A DNA stretch of 39,224 bases from a virus: UHGV virus genome UHGV-1366437; one strand, 5' to 3'. Positions 26,658-34,736 of the stretch are shown piece after piece. Positions within the stretch are counted from its first letter, which is position 1, and every line of letters begins with the position of its first letter. The notes under the pieces were generated by a model. It ran no database searches. It saw only the letters and a program-made list of their open reading frames with translations, and was not told the origin of the DNA. The translations under genes and the position numbers were made by a program.

Positions 26658-27448
26658 TTGATTCCTAAGTCGTTAGTGTCCATTCGGACATTTCCTTTCT
26701 TTCCTCCCGGTGCCAATGGCGCGTTGTTCCGTGACCACCGCAGAGCGTAGGACAAGGCTGTAGCTTGCCAGTTATTGACAGGCCGCATCTTGTAGTCCAC
26801 CCATCCGCACCCCTCCATATCCGCCCAGAATTGAAGCGCGCAGTCGTCAATCTGTCTCGGAAACAGGCAGAGAACAGAACGGTTTACCTCGCCCTGAAGA
26901 TAATTCTTCACCTCATCAGCAGATAAGGGGAGGGTCCTTGTCTTTCCCGGAATAGACTTTCTTTTTTCATTGCTGTTCGTATCCGCATTCGTCTTCGTAT
27001 TCGTATACGACTCCGTATTCGTCTCCGACTTAGTAACGGGTGGTAACGACTCGTTACGGTTCGTAACGGATGGTGACGGATTGTATCGTTCCGTATCGCT
27101 CCGCAACGGATTGATTAAATCCGCATCGGATGGTAACGGGTATTTAGGCTTTGATTTGATCTGTTGCCCAAAGTCCCGTATTTGCAAAAATGATTTGCCA
27201 TTCCTGGCAAAAAGCAGAATAAGCCCCGCAGCCTCGCACGCGGCAAGACAGCGTTGAATATTGCACTCACTCATTTTTTCAAGCTGAAGGGGATACAGGG
27301 CAGACCTCAGAATCGCCGGCCTCGCGTCATAGAGTCCGTAATCGTCGGCAACAGACATTAGACGACGGTAAAAGACCTCGGCTTCCCAAGACAGCGAAGC
27401 GATTCGCTCAGAAGTAAGGATGCCTTCTCTGATCAATCTTGTTGGCAT
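26648..27448 (-). CDS. Replication initiator (replisome organiser) protein with an internal iteron-bearing linker
   Basis: The N-terminal domain LIREGILTSERIASLSWEAEVFYRRLMSVADDYG resembles phage replisome-organiser N-domains. The central low-complexity linker is encoded by the 10-11 bp repeat array. A DnaC-like gene follows. Confidence 0.55.
   Translation of the reverse strand: MPTRLIREGILTSERIASLSWEAEVFYRRLMSVADDYGLYDARPAILRSALYPLQLEKMSECNIQRCLAACEAAGLILLFARNGKSFLQIRDFGQQIKSKPKYPLPSDADLINPLRSDTERYNPSPSVTNRNESLPPVTKSETNTESYTNTKTNADTNSNEKRKSIPGKTRTLPLSADEVKNYLQGEVNRSVLCLFPRQIDDCALQFWADMEGCGWVDYKMRPVNNWQATALSYALRWSRNNAPLAPGGKKGNVRMDTNDLGIKWE
26975..27140. repeat. Iteron array: about 10 copies of (G)TAACGG-like units at 10-11 bp spacing, plus 4-5 TTCGTnTnCG units; putative phage origin inside the initiator gene
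   Basis: GTAACGG or variants occur at 27033, 27043, 27053 (inverted), 27063, 27073, 27083, 27093, 27103, 27123 and 27133. A 10-bp period is not a multiple of 3, so this is a DNA-level repeat rather than a protein repeat. Confidence 0.55.
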
Positions 27449-27921
27449 ATCAGCTCCTCCTTTCTGAAAACAAGAAATATCCCATTTCCTTTGCCGCCGA
27501 CGCGACTGCCAAACATGGCTTCCTTCCCGGCAAGAGGTAGTACATCACGCAGAGCAATCTGGACGTCAGCCCACTTGAAGATCAAAAATCCACCCGGCTT
27601 CAGAACGCGAAAACACTCTGAAAATCCGTTCCGGATCGTCTCTTTCCAGTCGCCATCGAGCGCACCATATTTCTGCCTCATGTAAGCCGTTTTGCCAACA
27701 CTCTTGAGGTGAGGTGGGTCGAAAACAACCATGGCAAAAGCATCGTCTTCCCAGGGCATATTGGTGAAATCGGCGTCAACATCAGGATCAACAACAATGG
27801 TTCTTCCGTCGCAACACGTTAATGTTTCGCGCCTGTAGTCAGCATACAAAACATCTTGGTGTCTTTTTTGAAACCACATCATGCGGGTTCCGCAACAGGC
27901 ATCAAGTATGTCTTTCATCAC
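27433..27921 (-). CDS. Small SAM-dependent (DNA) methyltransferase (162 aa) with a DPPH motif
   Basis: ILDACCGTRMM (motif I-like) and MVVFDPPHL (motif IV, DPPY-type variant). It is short for a complete N6/N4 methyltransferase. Confidence 0.45.
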   Translation of the reverse strand: MMKDILDACCGTRMMWFQKRHQDVLYADYRRETLTCCDGRTIVVDPDVDADFTNMPWEDDAFAMVVFDPPHLKSVGKTAYMRQKYGALDGDWKETIRNGFSECFRVLKPGGFLIFKWADVQIALRDVLPLAGKEAMFGSRVGGKGNGIFLVFRKEELICQQD

Positions 27922-28118
27922 TCAACCTCCTTTCCTTCAAGATCCTTCAAAATCCTGTCCCTTCTCCGCAGGGCGGTTTCAGGGTCTTTCGTCTGCAAAG
28001 AATACCGCTTCCGGTAAATGCGGCATTCGTCCACAAACGTCAGGTTGATATAATAAACTTCCTTTTGCCTGTAAACGTGGTGGAATTTCCGGGACGTGTC
28101 AGAGAGTTTTAGCTTCAT
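27918..28118 (-). CDS. Hypothetical protein (66 aa)
   Basis: ORF with ATGA overlap to the downstream methyltransferase gene. Confidence 0.35.
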   Translation of the reverse strand: MKLKLSDTSRKFHHVYRQKEVYYINLTFVDECRIYRKRYSLQTKDPETALRRRDRILKDLEGKEVE

Positions 28119-28477
28119 TGGTCGCCTCCTTTCACTTCAAGCTCCCAAGGCCATGTACGCACAACCGAACTATTCAACCATACGTTACCGCCCTTAGTTT
28201 TGAAATGATCCCTCTCTTCGTTAATATCCGATACAGTTACAAGGTCTCCATTACAAAGCTCTAAAATGTCCCCTATCTCAATACGCATGATCGGCGGGAA
28301 CTTGGAAACAAGAGCTTCCCAAGCTAACCAATGAAGCCTTACACCCCAAAAGGTTATAAACTCGCATTCCGGGCATCCATAGGCATACAATTCAGACTGA
28401 AACGGAGATTCAAACCGTTTCGGTTCTCCTCCACAAAGAGGGCATAAAGAATGTTTATTTTCCATAGCAATTATCAA
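28115..28477 (-). CDS. Zinc-ribbon protein resembling the Lar restriction-alleviation family (120 aa)
   Basis: N-terminal HSLCPLCGGEPK...YAYGCPECEF matches the CPxCGG...CxxC ribbon seen in Lar/RalR-type proteins. Confidence 0.35.
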   Translation of the reverse strand: MIIAMENKHSLCPLCGGEPKRFESPFQSELYAYGCPECEFITFWGVRLHWLAWEALVSKFPPIMRIEIGDILELCNGDLVTVSDINEERDHFKTKGGNVWLNSSVVRTWPWELEVKGGDQ

Positions 28478-29093
28478 TCTGTTTCATTAATATGTTCCAT
28501 TTTTTCCGAGCGTCGTATTCATCACCAGCGTCATCTGCCTTTAAAAAATGATTGAAACCCTCATCAATAGTAGAATCACAGTTGTAATAATTAAACGTCC
28601 TCCCGTCCTTCGAATATGCAATAAGCTCGGGAAGCTTCCCGCAAAAGCAGGGCTTTAATTCTTCTTCTGGCTTTTTGCGCTCAGTCCACTCACGGGATCC
28701 GTTGAAGCCAAAACCATCCACATAGATGTAATTTCCGTTGCTTCTGCGGAAACAATAGGCTCTTTTGCTGTCTTCACGAATCTTGATTATATCCCCTTTT
28801 ACATCAACGGCTTCCTTCCACTCGCCGGTTTCGAGTTTAACGAGAGCCTCGGACAATGTGCAAAGATCCGTTGGATTTTCCTGTTGCTTGAACGGGTCTC
28901 CGATGTTGTAGAGAATGCGGGTGATTTGGTCCATGTCAATTACTATAGATTCCACCATAAATTCCCCTAGTATTCTAACACATGGTTTTTGCTCGAATAC
29001 ATTTAGAATAATTGCTTTTTCAGTACGACTGTCATCGTATTTAATTGGTCTGTACTCAATAAGGTCCCACTGTTTAATTTGTTCTAGTCTCAT
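28455..29093 (-). CDS. Hypothetical protein (212 aa, about 38% GC) with a C-terminal Lar-like zinc ribbon (LKPCFCGK...NYYNCDS)
   Basis: AT-rich ORF immediately after the exonuclease gene. The LKPCFCG motif resembles the LKPCPFCGG of Lar. Confidence 0.3.
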   Translation of the reverse strand: MRLEQIKQWDLIEYRPIKYDDSRTEKAIILNVFEQKPCVRILGEFMVESIVIDMDQITRILYNIGDPFKQQENPTDLCTLSEALVKLETGEWKEAVDVKGDIIKIREDSKRAYCFRRSNGNYIYVDGFGFNGSREWTERKKPEEELKPCFCGKLPELIAYSKDGRTFNYYNCDSTIDEGFNHFLKADDAGDEYDARKKWNILMKQIDNCYGK

Positions 29094-29250
29094 CAGATTA
29101 ATACTTTCTTCAATTAAAAATGAATATTAAAACTCTGGCAATCAAATAACCCAATACGAATAATACCGATAACATAAATAGACCAAATGCTAAAATACCA
29201 AATAAATCCTTTATTGAATTAATCATTTCTTCTTTTAATAGTCTCATTGT

Positions 29251-30138
29251 TTATTCTCCAAATTCAAATTCTCTTCTTAAAGCCCATGACGGCAAGCCGC
29301 CTTCCAATGCCGGCAAGGGGGCCTGCCAGCCGTCATTTTGCAGACAGTTGGCATAGCTCACCAACTGGCTTTCAAACCAGGACATTCCGGCGTACAGTTC
29401 ATCCTCCGTAAACCGCACCATCCGGCACTGGTACGGAGGTTTGCTTTCCTGCATCAACAGGTTAAATCCCTTGATGAAATCCGGCTTGATCTTGTTGGAA
29501 ATCGCCGAATAAATCGCGGCCTGGACATGATACCTGTACTTCCAGATATTCCGTCTTACCTCTTCATCGTCAGCAAGATTGAATCCCGTCGTCTTCAAGT
29601 CAACCATATTCCCAGGCTCCACGGGAAACAAATCGGCCATGCCGCAAAGCTCCAGCTTCACGCCCTCGACTTCAACATCATAGGTCATGGCAACCTGCGA
29701 TTCGTGGGTTTCTCCGACAACAATTCCATTTTCTTTTGCGAAATGCCTCAGAATCAGGGCGGCCTTGCTGGCTTCGTCGAACATCTTGGAATCAATCAGG
29801 ATCCTTCCCTTAGCTTCAGCCCCGGCTTTCAGTTCCTTGTAATTCTTCGAATTCTTGTTAAGTCCCAAAGACGTAATCGAATATGTCTTTGCGACAAGCT
29901 CAGGAGTCAGGAAAAGGCAATCTACAAGACTCCCCCAGGCAAGGGCATCTGTTGTCTTCTTTTCGCCGGAGTCATAAGCGAACTTGAAACGTGAAGGACT
30001 GGCGGCAAAATCACAGATCGACGACTTGCTTACCGTGTAAAGCGTCTTCCGGGCATGATAATCAGCTGGATCCATTTTCTGAAGCGTATTCAAAGCGGAA
30101 GTTCCTCTCTTTGTTCGGTTTTCGGTTCTTCGCCCCAA
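29251..30138 (-). CDS. PD-(D/E)xK recombination exonuclease (YqaJ / lambda-Exo / Cas4-like), partner of RecT; alternative start at 30075
   Basis: Motifs MADLFPVEPGNMVDLKTT (D...ExK) and YRYHVQAAIY (QxxxY), characteristic of this nuclease family. Confidence 0.55.
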   Translation of the reverse strand: MGRRTENRTKRGTSALNTLQKMDPADYHARKTLYTVSKSSICDFAASPSRFKFAYDSGEKKTTDALAWGSLVDCLFLTPELVAKTYSITSLGLNKNSKNYKELKAGAEAKGRILIDSKMFDEASKAALILRHFAKENGIVVGETHESQVAMTYDVEVEGVKLELCGMADLFPVEPGNMVDLKTTGFNLADDEEVRRNIWKYRYHVQAAIYSAISNKIKPDFIKGFNLLMQESKPPYQCRMVRFTEDELYAGMSWFESQLVSYANCLQNDGWQAPLPALEGGLPSWALRREFEFGE

Positions 30139-31109
30139 GCCTCCGCGGAGGTTGCAAACTCATCCCCTTCCGGTTCCTGTGCTTCCTCCGCGGCGGGAGG
30201 CAGGGAAGCCTTGGGAAGAAAATCCATAAGTCCCGTGATATTCTTTCGAGGAGTCACGTCTCTAAGACTGTTTCCTCCGAATTCGGCTTCATCCGCTTCC
30301 TGCATGGCGACCTGGAATTCATAGGGCAGATCCCACATTTTGGACGCACGCTTGATGACCGTTTTAAGTGCCATCTGGTTATGATAATCAGCCCATGGAC
30401 CGACCACATTCCCCTCTTTGTCCTTCGACCTGCTTCGCGCCTTGATCGAGTCGATTTCTTCGCTCGCCATGCGCTCTCCATGAAGCTTTCCTTCACGGTC
30501 TGTCCATGTGCAATAGTAGCCGATGACTTTCGCGGTAGAGTTCCCCCATCCGGGCATATGGGACATGGCAAAATTGCCGTTCTCAATCACCCACTGGAAG
30601 GGTTCCCCTTCGCGCACAATGCCCGTGTTGAGATTCTGCACACCGTTCGAGCGTGCCATCCTCATCAACCCACGAGCAGAAGGCACGGGGGTAACGGTCA
30701 TTTCCCAGGTTTCAATCCATTGGCCATTCTCGCCCTTCCGCTTCTTCTTAGTATTGAAAGGAACAAGAAATCCATGAACCCCGTCAGGCTCACATCCTAA
30801 CTGAATAAGCGTCTTCGTCGCAGAGATAAGAGACATCGGCGTGCACTTCATGAGCTCCGGCGTCTTCTGGCAGCATTGCCACAGAATGCCCGCCAGCCTT
30901 TCCCCCGTCATCAGCCCGCGCGAAACTTCAGCCAGAGAATTCTTTACTTCATCGCTCGTTAGGATCTCATAGAGCGTCTTCTTTTTCTGGACGGTTTGCA
31001 TCAATGCGGCATTTTCCGATTGACCTGTCTGTGTCATTTGAGTAGTCATTGTTCGTTGTTTCAGTTTCTGATAAACTGGCGGTCGTCCGTTGCAGCGGAC
31101 TTCCGCCAA
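30090..31109 (-). CDS. recT: RecT-family single-strand annealing protein
   Basis: CCQKTPELMKCTPMSLISATKTLIQLGCEPDGVHGFLVPF is the RecT signature. It is paired with the downstream exonuclease. Confidence 0.75.
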   Translation of the reverse strand: MAEVRCNGRPPVYQKLKQRTMTTQMTQTGQSENAALMQTVQKKKTLYEILTSDEVKNSLAEVSRGLMTGERLAGILWQCCQKTPELMKCTPMSLISATKTLIQLGCEPDGVHGFLVPFNTKKKRKGENGQWIETWEMTVTPVPSARGLMRMARSNGVQNLNTGIVREGEPFQWVIENGNFAMSHMPGWGNSTAKVIGYYCTWTDREGKLHGERMASEEIDSIKARSRSKDKEGNVVGPWADYHNQMALKTVIKRASKMWDLPYEFQVAMQEADEAEFGGNSLRDVTPRKNITGLMDFLPKASLPPAAEEAQEPEGDEFATSAEAWGEEPKTEQREELPL

Positions 31110-31113
31110 CTTT

Positions 31114-31491
31114 TCAGGCTTCTTCCTCAGGATCTTCCGTCAGGCTTTCGCCCTGTAGTAACTTAACCACTTTGAATAACCCGGCTGATACTCTCTCGCT
31201 CATGGGTTCACTCTTAATCATGAGCTGAATCGCAATCTGAGCAGAGATGATGATGCCTATTGTTTCTTTGAAAGACTCAATGTGTACGTATTCAATTCCT
31301 CCGATTTCAAGCGTTTCCTCTTGTTCTAGAATGGATTCGAATGCTTCCTGGTGGAGCTTTAATATTTTTTCTTCGGTATTCATTGTTATTGTATTGGTTT
31401 TAGTTCTGGATTCCGTCCAGCCGGTTTCTTTTTGGGAAATCAAAACAGGGCATCGAGCAGGTAGAAGCAGCCGAGCAACCCGGCCACGCAC
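31114..31491 (-). CDS. Hypothetical small acidic protein (probable start at 31383, MNTEEKILK)
   Basis: ORF in the early operon. Confidence 0.35.
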   Translation of the reverse strand: MRGRVARLLLPARCPVLISQKETGWTESRTKTNTITMNTEEKILKLHQEAFESILEQEETLEIGGIEYVHIESFKETIGIIISAQIAIQLMIKSEPMSERVSAGLFKVVKLLQGESLTEDPEEEA

Positions 31492-31555
31492 AGCACAAAC
31501 GCGATGCCTTCGATCACATCCTTCATGCCGACTTCCTCCTCTTCATCAGATAGGT

Positions 31556-31834
31556 TCATTTCACAATCTTCAGCTTTGACTCAGCCTTAAAAGGAGAACT
31601 TCCAGAGTGATATTGAGCCCACAACCATTCGGTCACTTCCTTGCGGGAAAACCTGTACGTCCTGGGCTTCAACCCCCAATGGGGCAGTCCATAATTCCGC
31701 GCATAATTCACAACAGACGGCTGGGAAGTGAAAAACTTCGGGAACTCCTTCACAAGTTCAGCACTCGTCAAGACATCATCCATGTCTATTTCTCTGATTT
31801 CATCAGTTGGGTTCTTTTTCATAATTCGTACCAT
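31556..31834 (-). CDS. AlpA/excisionase-family HTH protein (92 aa), candidate excisionase or early regulator
   Basis: LTSAELVKEF ... RTYRFSRKEVTEWLW fits the HTH_17 (AlpA/Xis) pattern. Confidence 0.4.
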   Translation of the reverse strand: MVRIMKKNPTDEIREIDMDDVLTSAELVKEFPKFFTSQPSVVNYARNYGLPHWGLKPRTYRFSRKEVTEWLWAQYHSGSSPFKAESKLKIVK

Positions 31835-31871
31835 CCAAGTTTCTTGAGTTCTTCAATCACGGGTTCTTCGT

Positions 31872-32075
31872 TCATAGAGCTTCCGTTTTTGCTTTGTAGA
31901 TATCCATGGGATCGGGACCATAGGAGTAATCAAGAGCCTGTAGACAATCCTCCAGCTCGCTAATGCGATCCGTGTATTCCTTGATAATAGCCCGCGCTTC
32001 ACGTTCGCTGAGCGCGTTGTCCGTTTCGTCTTCGTAGATTTGTTTTTCTACGGTATTGACCGTGTAATAGATCAT
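31872..32075 (-). CDS. Hypothetical acidic protein (67 aa)
   Basis: ORF only. Confidence 0.3.
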   Translation of the reverse strand: MIYYTVNTVEKQIYEDETDNALSEREARAIIKEYTDRISELEDCLQALDYSYGPDPMDIYKAKTEAL

Positions 32076-32186
32076 TGTTTTGTTCCTTTCAAAATGGGTG
32101 AACCTGCCTCTGTATCGTCCAGGCTTTGAAACACACGCTATGCTAAATTCTTGTGTTCTGGTTCGTTTGTGTTAAGTTGATGCCCT

Positions 32187-32369
32187 ATGCAAAATAATCC
32201 TGATATTCAGAAAAGCCTGGCGGTAATGGCAAATGCTTTAGATTCAAGCCAAAGAGAATTTGGTCTTATATCTAATCCTGCCCGAATACCTACCAATCTT
32301 GAAAAAATAGCAAAATCACTCGAAAGGATAGCTATATCTCTTGAGAAGATTGAGAAGAAGCTAAAGTAA
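32187..32369 (+). CDS. Possible small coiled-coil protein (60 aa) on the opposite strand, AT-rich
   Basis: Preceded by TTGTGT-16nt-TGtTAAGTT promoter-like elements. Its 3' end overlaps the convergent 32332..32595 ORF. Real status uncertain. Confidence 0.25.
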   Translation: MQNNPDIQKSLAVMANALDSSQREFGLISNPARIPTNLEKIAKSLERIAISLEKIEKKLK

Positions 32370-32595
32370 CTTCTTCGGCATAAACCAAGAGCTTCAGCTT
32401 TCCGTCCTCGGAAACAGCGATGACGGAAAGCTTGCCGTTATAAGGATCCCATAATACCTCTGGATCCTCTGTTTCGTATTTCACCTTGATTGGAGTTCCG
32501 CATATCAGCAGAACAGCTTCTCCTTTTTTCCTTAGTTCATCAATCAACGTAAGTGAATTGACGAATCGGTAATCAATTTGTTTATTTTCTTTCAT
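32332..32595 (-). CDS. Hypothetical protein (87 aa)
   Basis: ORF only. Confidence 0.35.
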   Translation of the reverse strand: MKENKQIDYRFVNSLTLIDELRKKGEAVLLICGTPIKVKYETEDPEVLWDPYNGKLSVIAVSEDGKLKLLVYAEEVTLASSQSSQEI

Positions 32596-32779
32596 GATGA
32601 TTTTCTGGGGTTTGCTTGTTCAGTTGCTTCTTGAGAAGAGGCATTCCCAGTTGAACGGAAAGCCTCAAGAGCGCCGAGTACGGCACCCCAGTTGCCTTGG
32701 ATAAGGCCCTAAGTTCTTGATCGTCTTCCAAAAGGAGACGTGCTTGTATCGATCGTGATAGTGTTGCCATGCTTTTCAT
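32582..32779 (-). CDS. Small putative DNA-binding protein (65 aa)
   Basis: ELRALSKATGVPYSALLRLSVQLG is helix-turn-helix-like. It is the first gene to one side of the repeat-rich divergent region. Confidence 0.3.
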   Translation of the reverse strand: MKSMATLSRSIQARLLLEDDQELRALSKATGVPYSALLRLSVQLGMPLLKKQLNKQTPENHHERK

Positions 32780-32866
32780 TGTGCTGTTTTAAAGTACGGT
32801 GTCAATATTCTTTTGTGCTGCTGAACAGCACGTTTTCGTTTTGCCTTGTGCTGTAAGTCATTACAG
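32779..32866. promoter_or_regulatory. Divergent control region with three phased TTGTGCTG repeats (32779, 32813, 32846; spacing 34 and 33 bp) and two palindromes (GTGCTGctgaaCAGCAC at 32815-32831; CTGTAAgtcaTTACAG at 32851-32866)
   Basis: Direct reading of the sequence between the minus-strand 32582..32779 gene and the plus-strand RHH gene. Confidence 0.45.
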
Positions 32867-32880
32867 TGTATATTTTTTTT

Positions 32881-33096
32881 ATGCGCCCTATCGACAAAGA
32901 GAACCCCGCGACGATCTCGCTCCAGATACGATTTACAAAAAAACAAATTGAAGAGATCGACGAAGTCGCCGAGCAATTTGAAATGAGCCGCTCGGAAATC
33001 ATCCGCCTCTCCTGTTCTTCCGGCTTGGTAGCACTCAAAAAACTTACTCCGGAAGGGCTTAAAAAAGCCGTTTCCAGATTGCTGACAGAAGAGTAG
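32881..33096 (+). CDS. Ribbon-helix-helix (CopG/Arc-like) DNA-binding protein
   Basis: ISLQIRFTKKQIEEIDEVAEQFEMSRSEIIRLS is a beta-strand followed by two helices, with the conserved SRSEIIR segment. Confidence 0.55.
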   Translation: MRPIDKENPATISLQIRFTKKQIEEIDEVAEQFEMSRSEIIRLSCSSGLVALKKLTPEGLKKAVSRLLTEE

Positions 33097-33132
33097 ATCA
33101 TACAGTCTCCTATTGGTTTTCCGTTACGCCTA

Positions 33133-33342
33133 TCACTTTTCCGGTTTCGTCTCCGTATAGCTCACACGCGGAGTAATCGGATGATACTTCGGCAGCGTCC
33201 TCAACTTCTTGAGCAGCTCCCGGCTTCCCGTGCGTTGCCCCTTGAGCACCAAACGCAAATGCGTCGTACTCACATCGACGGCCCGCGCCGCGCGTGAAAT
33301 CGTATAGCCGCGCCCAGCTAAATATTCTGGTGTTAGCGTCAT
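33133..33342 (-). CDS. Cro-like HTH protein (about 70 aa), first gene of the minus-strand lytic operon
   Basis: MTLTPEYLAGRGYTISRAARAVDVSTTHLRLVLKGQR HTH. It is divergent from the cI-like gene across the operator region. Confidence 0.5.
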   Translation of the reverse strand: MTLTPEYLAGRGYTISRAARAVDVSTTHLRLVLKGQRTGSRELLKKLRTLPKYHPITPRVSYTETKPEK

Positions 33343-33376
33343 GATTTTCTTCCCTTTCTCATTCGTTTTATGTAGT

Positions 33377-33413
33377 TTCTCAGATTGCGTGACGGTCACA
33401 CCGTGCCAATGGA
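33377..33413. promoter_or_regulatory. Operator region of the cI/cro switch: 11-bp perfect palindrome GTGACgGTCAC nested in the 8-bp inverted repeat CGTGACGG ... CCGTCACG (three GTGAC half-sites)
   Basis: Direct reading of the 105-bp divergent intergenic region. Confidence 0.55.
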
Positions 33414-33447
33414 TAACCGTCACGAGAAAACAACTATAGAATTTTCT

Positions 33448-33849
33448 ATGAACGAGCAAGGAAAAACTACAGATATTTCTATATATCTAGCTCGACTCAA
33501 CTCTCTTATTCGTGAGAAGTCGTTAAGTCAAAGTGAATTGGAACGAATTACAGGCATTCGTCAAGCGACGATCTCAGACTATACTAAAGGAAAATCTATA
33601 CCGTCAGCTGAACGTTTTTTCCTAATTTCATCTGCTCTTGGTGTCTCCATGGACTACCTCTGGGGTGTCTCTGATGTCCCCATCCAAGCTACCGACACAG
33701 CAAACATTCAGGAATCCGAATGGCAGCAGAGAGCTCAAACAGCAGAACAGAAGCTCAAACACCTCAAAAGCCTTCTCTCCGACGTTGGCTCTGACATCGA
33801 AGCCCTCGGCGGAACCATAGGGAAACTCCTCAAATTCATCTCCGAATAA
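33448..33849 (+). CDS. cI-like XRE-family HTH repressor (no peptidase domain)
   Basis: LSQSELERITGIRQATISDYTKGKSIPSAERFFLISSALGVSMDYLWG is a classic XRE HTH. The C-terminal part is a coiled coil. Confidence 0.6.
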   Translation: MNEQGKTTDISIYLARLNSLIREKSLSQSELERITGIRQATISDYTKGKSIPSAERFFLISSALGVSMDYLWGVSDVPIQATDTANIQESEWQQRAQTAEQKLKHLKSLLSDVGSDIEALGGTIGKLLKFISE

Positions 33850-33851
33850 TC

Positions 33852-34679
33852 ATGACCATAAAAGAAGCTATTGCACTTGTATTCAAATTGAAGAACCAAT
33901 CGTCTCTTCATGTGAATGAAATTACAGAATACATTAAATCAAATATTGATGAGTATAAAGACCAGGAATCTACGGATATCCAAAAAAGGGTGAATGCATT
34001 TCTTGCTGCCAGCGTCAAAAGCAAAACAAACAAAATCTACAAAAAAACGATCAACCCCAAAACTGGACGTCCCAAAAAAGGAGTCTATTCTATTGCTCCT
34101 CCTAAAAAGATAAAATCCTCAATCCGCCCAGACAAAAACTCACAAACTGCTCTCCCTCTATTTCCTGCACAGCAACAGCCTCAAGCATCATCCTTCAATG
34201 AAACAGGGATAACGGCAAATACCGGAAAACTATATTTCGGCAAAGCAGGAGAATTTGCAGTAGTCAGCGAATTATTATTCAGAGGCTACAGTGCCAGCAT
34301 CATGTCCGTTGATGAAGGAATTGACATCACAGCTTCAAAAAATGACAAATTCTTTTTCATCCAAGTAAAGACAACCCTGTTTGCTGACAACAAAATATCC
34401 GTCACAATAAAGCCAAACAACTTTGTCAACAACACAAATACAAATATTTTTTACACCATTGTTTTCAGATACCTGACAAACAGCGCTTACATCAATCGCT
34501 ACATAATTTTAAGTTCCATTGATTTAGAACGACTCATCAGAAAAGGCGCCATCAGTTATCCAAACGGTAATGTATCCATTAAAATCAGAATGAATAACGG
34601 GAAACTCGAATTCTACAACGGAAACATCACCGAAGAAGTTGATTACTATTATTTAGACAACTTCGACATGATCAAATAA
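33852..34679 (+). CDS. HARE-HTH + AT-hook + Mrr-like PD-(D/E)xK nuclease (275 aa); candidate lysogen-expressed defence nuclease
   Basis: N-terminal MTIKEAIALVFKLKNQSSLHVNEITEYIK... fits the HARE-HTH winged helix. KTGRPKKG is an AT-hook. The C-terminus GEFAVVSELLF...SVDEGIDITASKNDKFFFIQVKTT matches the Mrr_cat pattern (D-G-I-D and I-Q-x-K). The ATG is 3 nt after the cI stop. Local GC is about 33%. Confidence 0.5.
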   Translation: MTIKEAIALVFKLKNQSSLHVNEITEYIKSNIDEYKDQESTDIQKRVNAFLAASVKSKTNKIYKKTINPKTGRPKKGVYSIAPPKKIKSSIRPDKNSQTALPLFPAQQQPQASSFNETGITANTGKLYFGKAGEFAVVSELLFRGYSASIMSVDEGIDITASKNDKFFFIQVKTTLFADNKISVTIKPNNFVNNTNTNIFYTIVFRYLTNSAYINRYIILSSIDLERLIRKGAISYPNGNVSIKIRMNNGKLEFYNGNITEEVDYYYLDNFDMIK

Positions 34680-34736
34680 CGATATAATTTTCTGAATAAA
34701 TCTTATTAAAAAAATATTCGACCCAAAAAATAAATA

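Noticed and set aside
26975-27140. CRISPR array
   Set aside because: The units are 10-11 bp, contiguous and degenerate, with no unique spacers, and they lie inside a replication-initiator ORF. They are origin iterons, not CRISPR repeats. No cas genes are present.
32776-33101. Minus-strand ORFs 32776..32976 and 32802..33101 overlapping the RHH gene
   Set aside because: The plus-strand frame encodes a clean ribbon-helix-helix fold with its own upstream control repeats. The minus-strand translations have no recognisable features.
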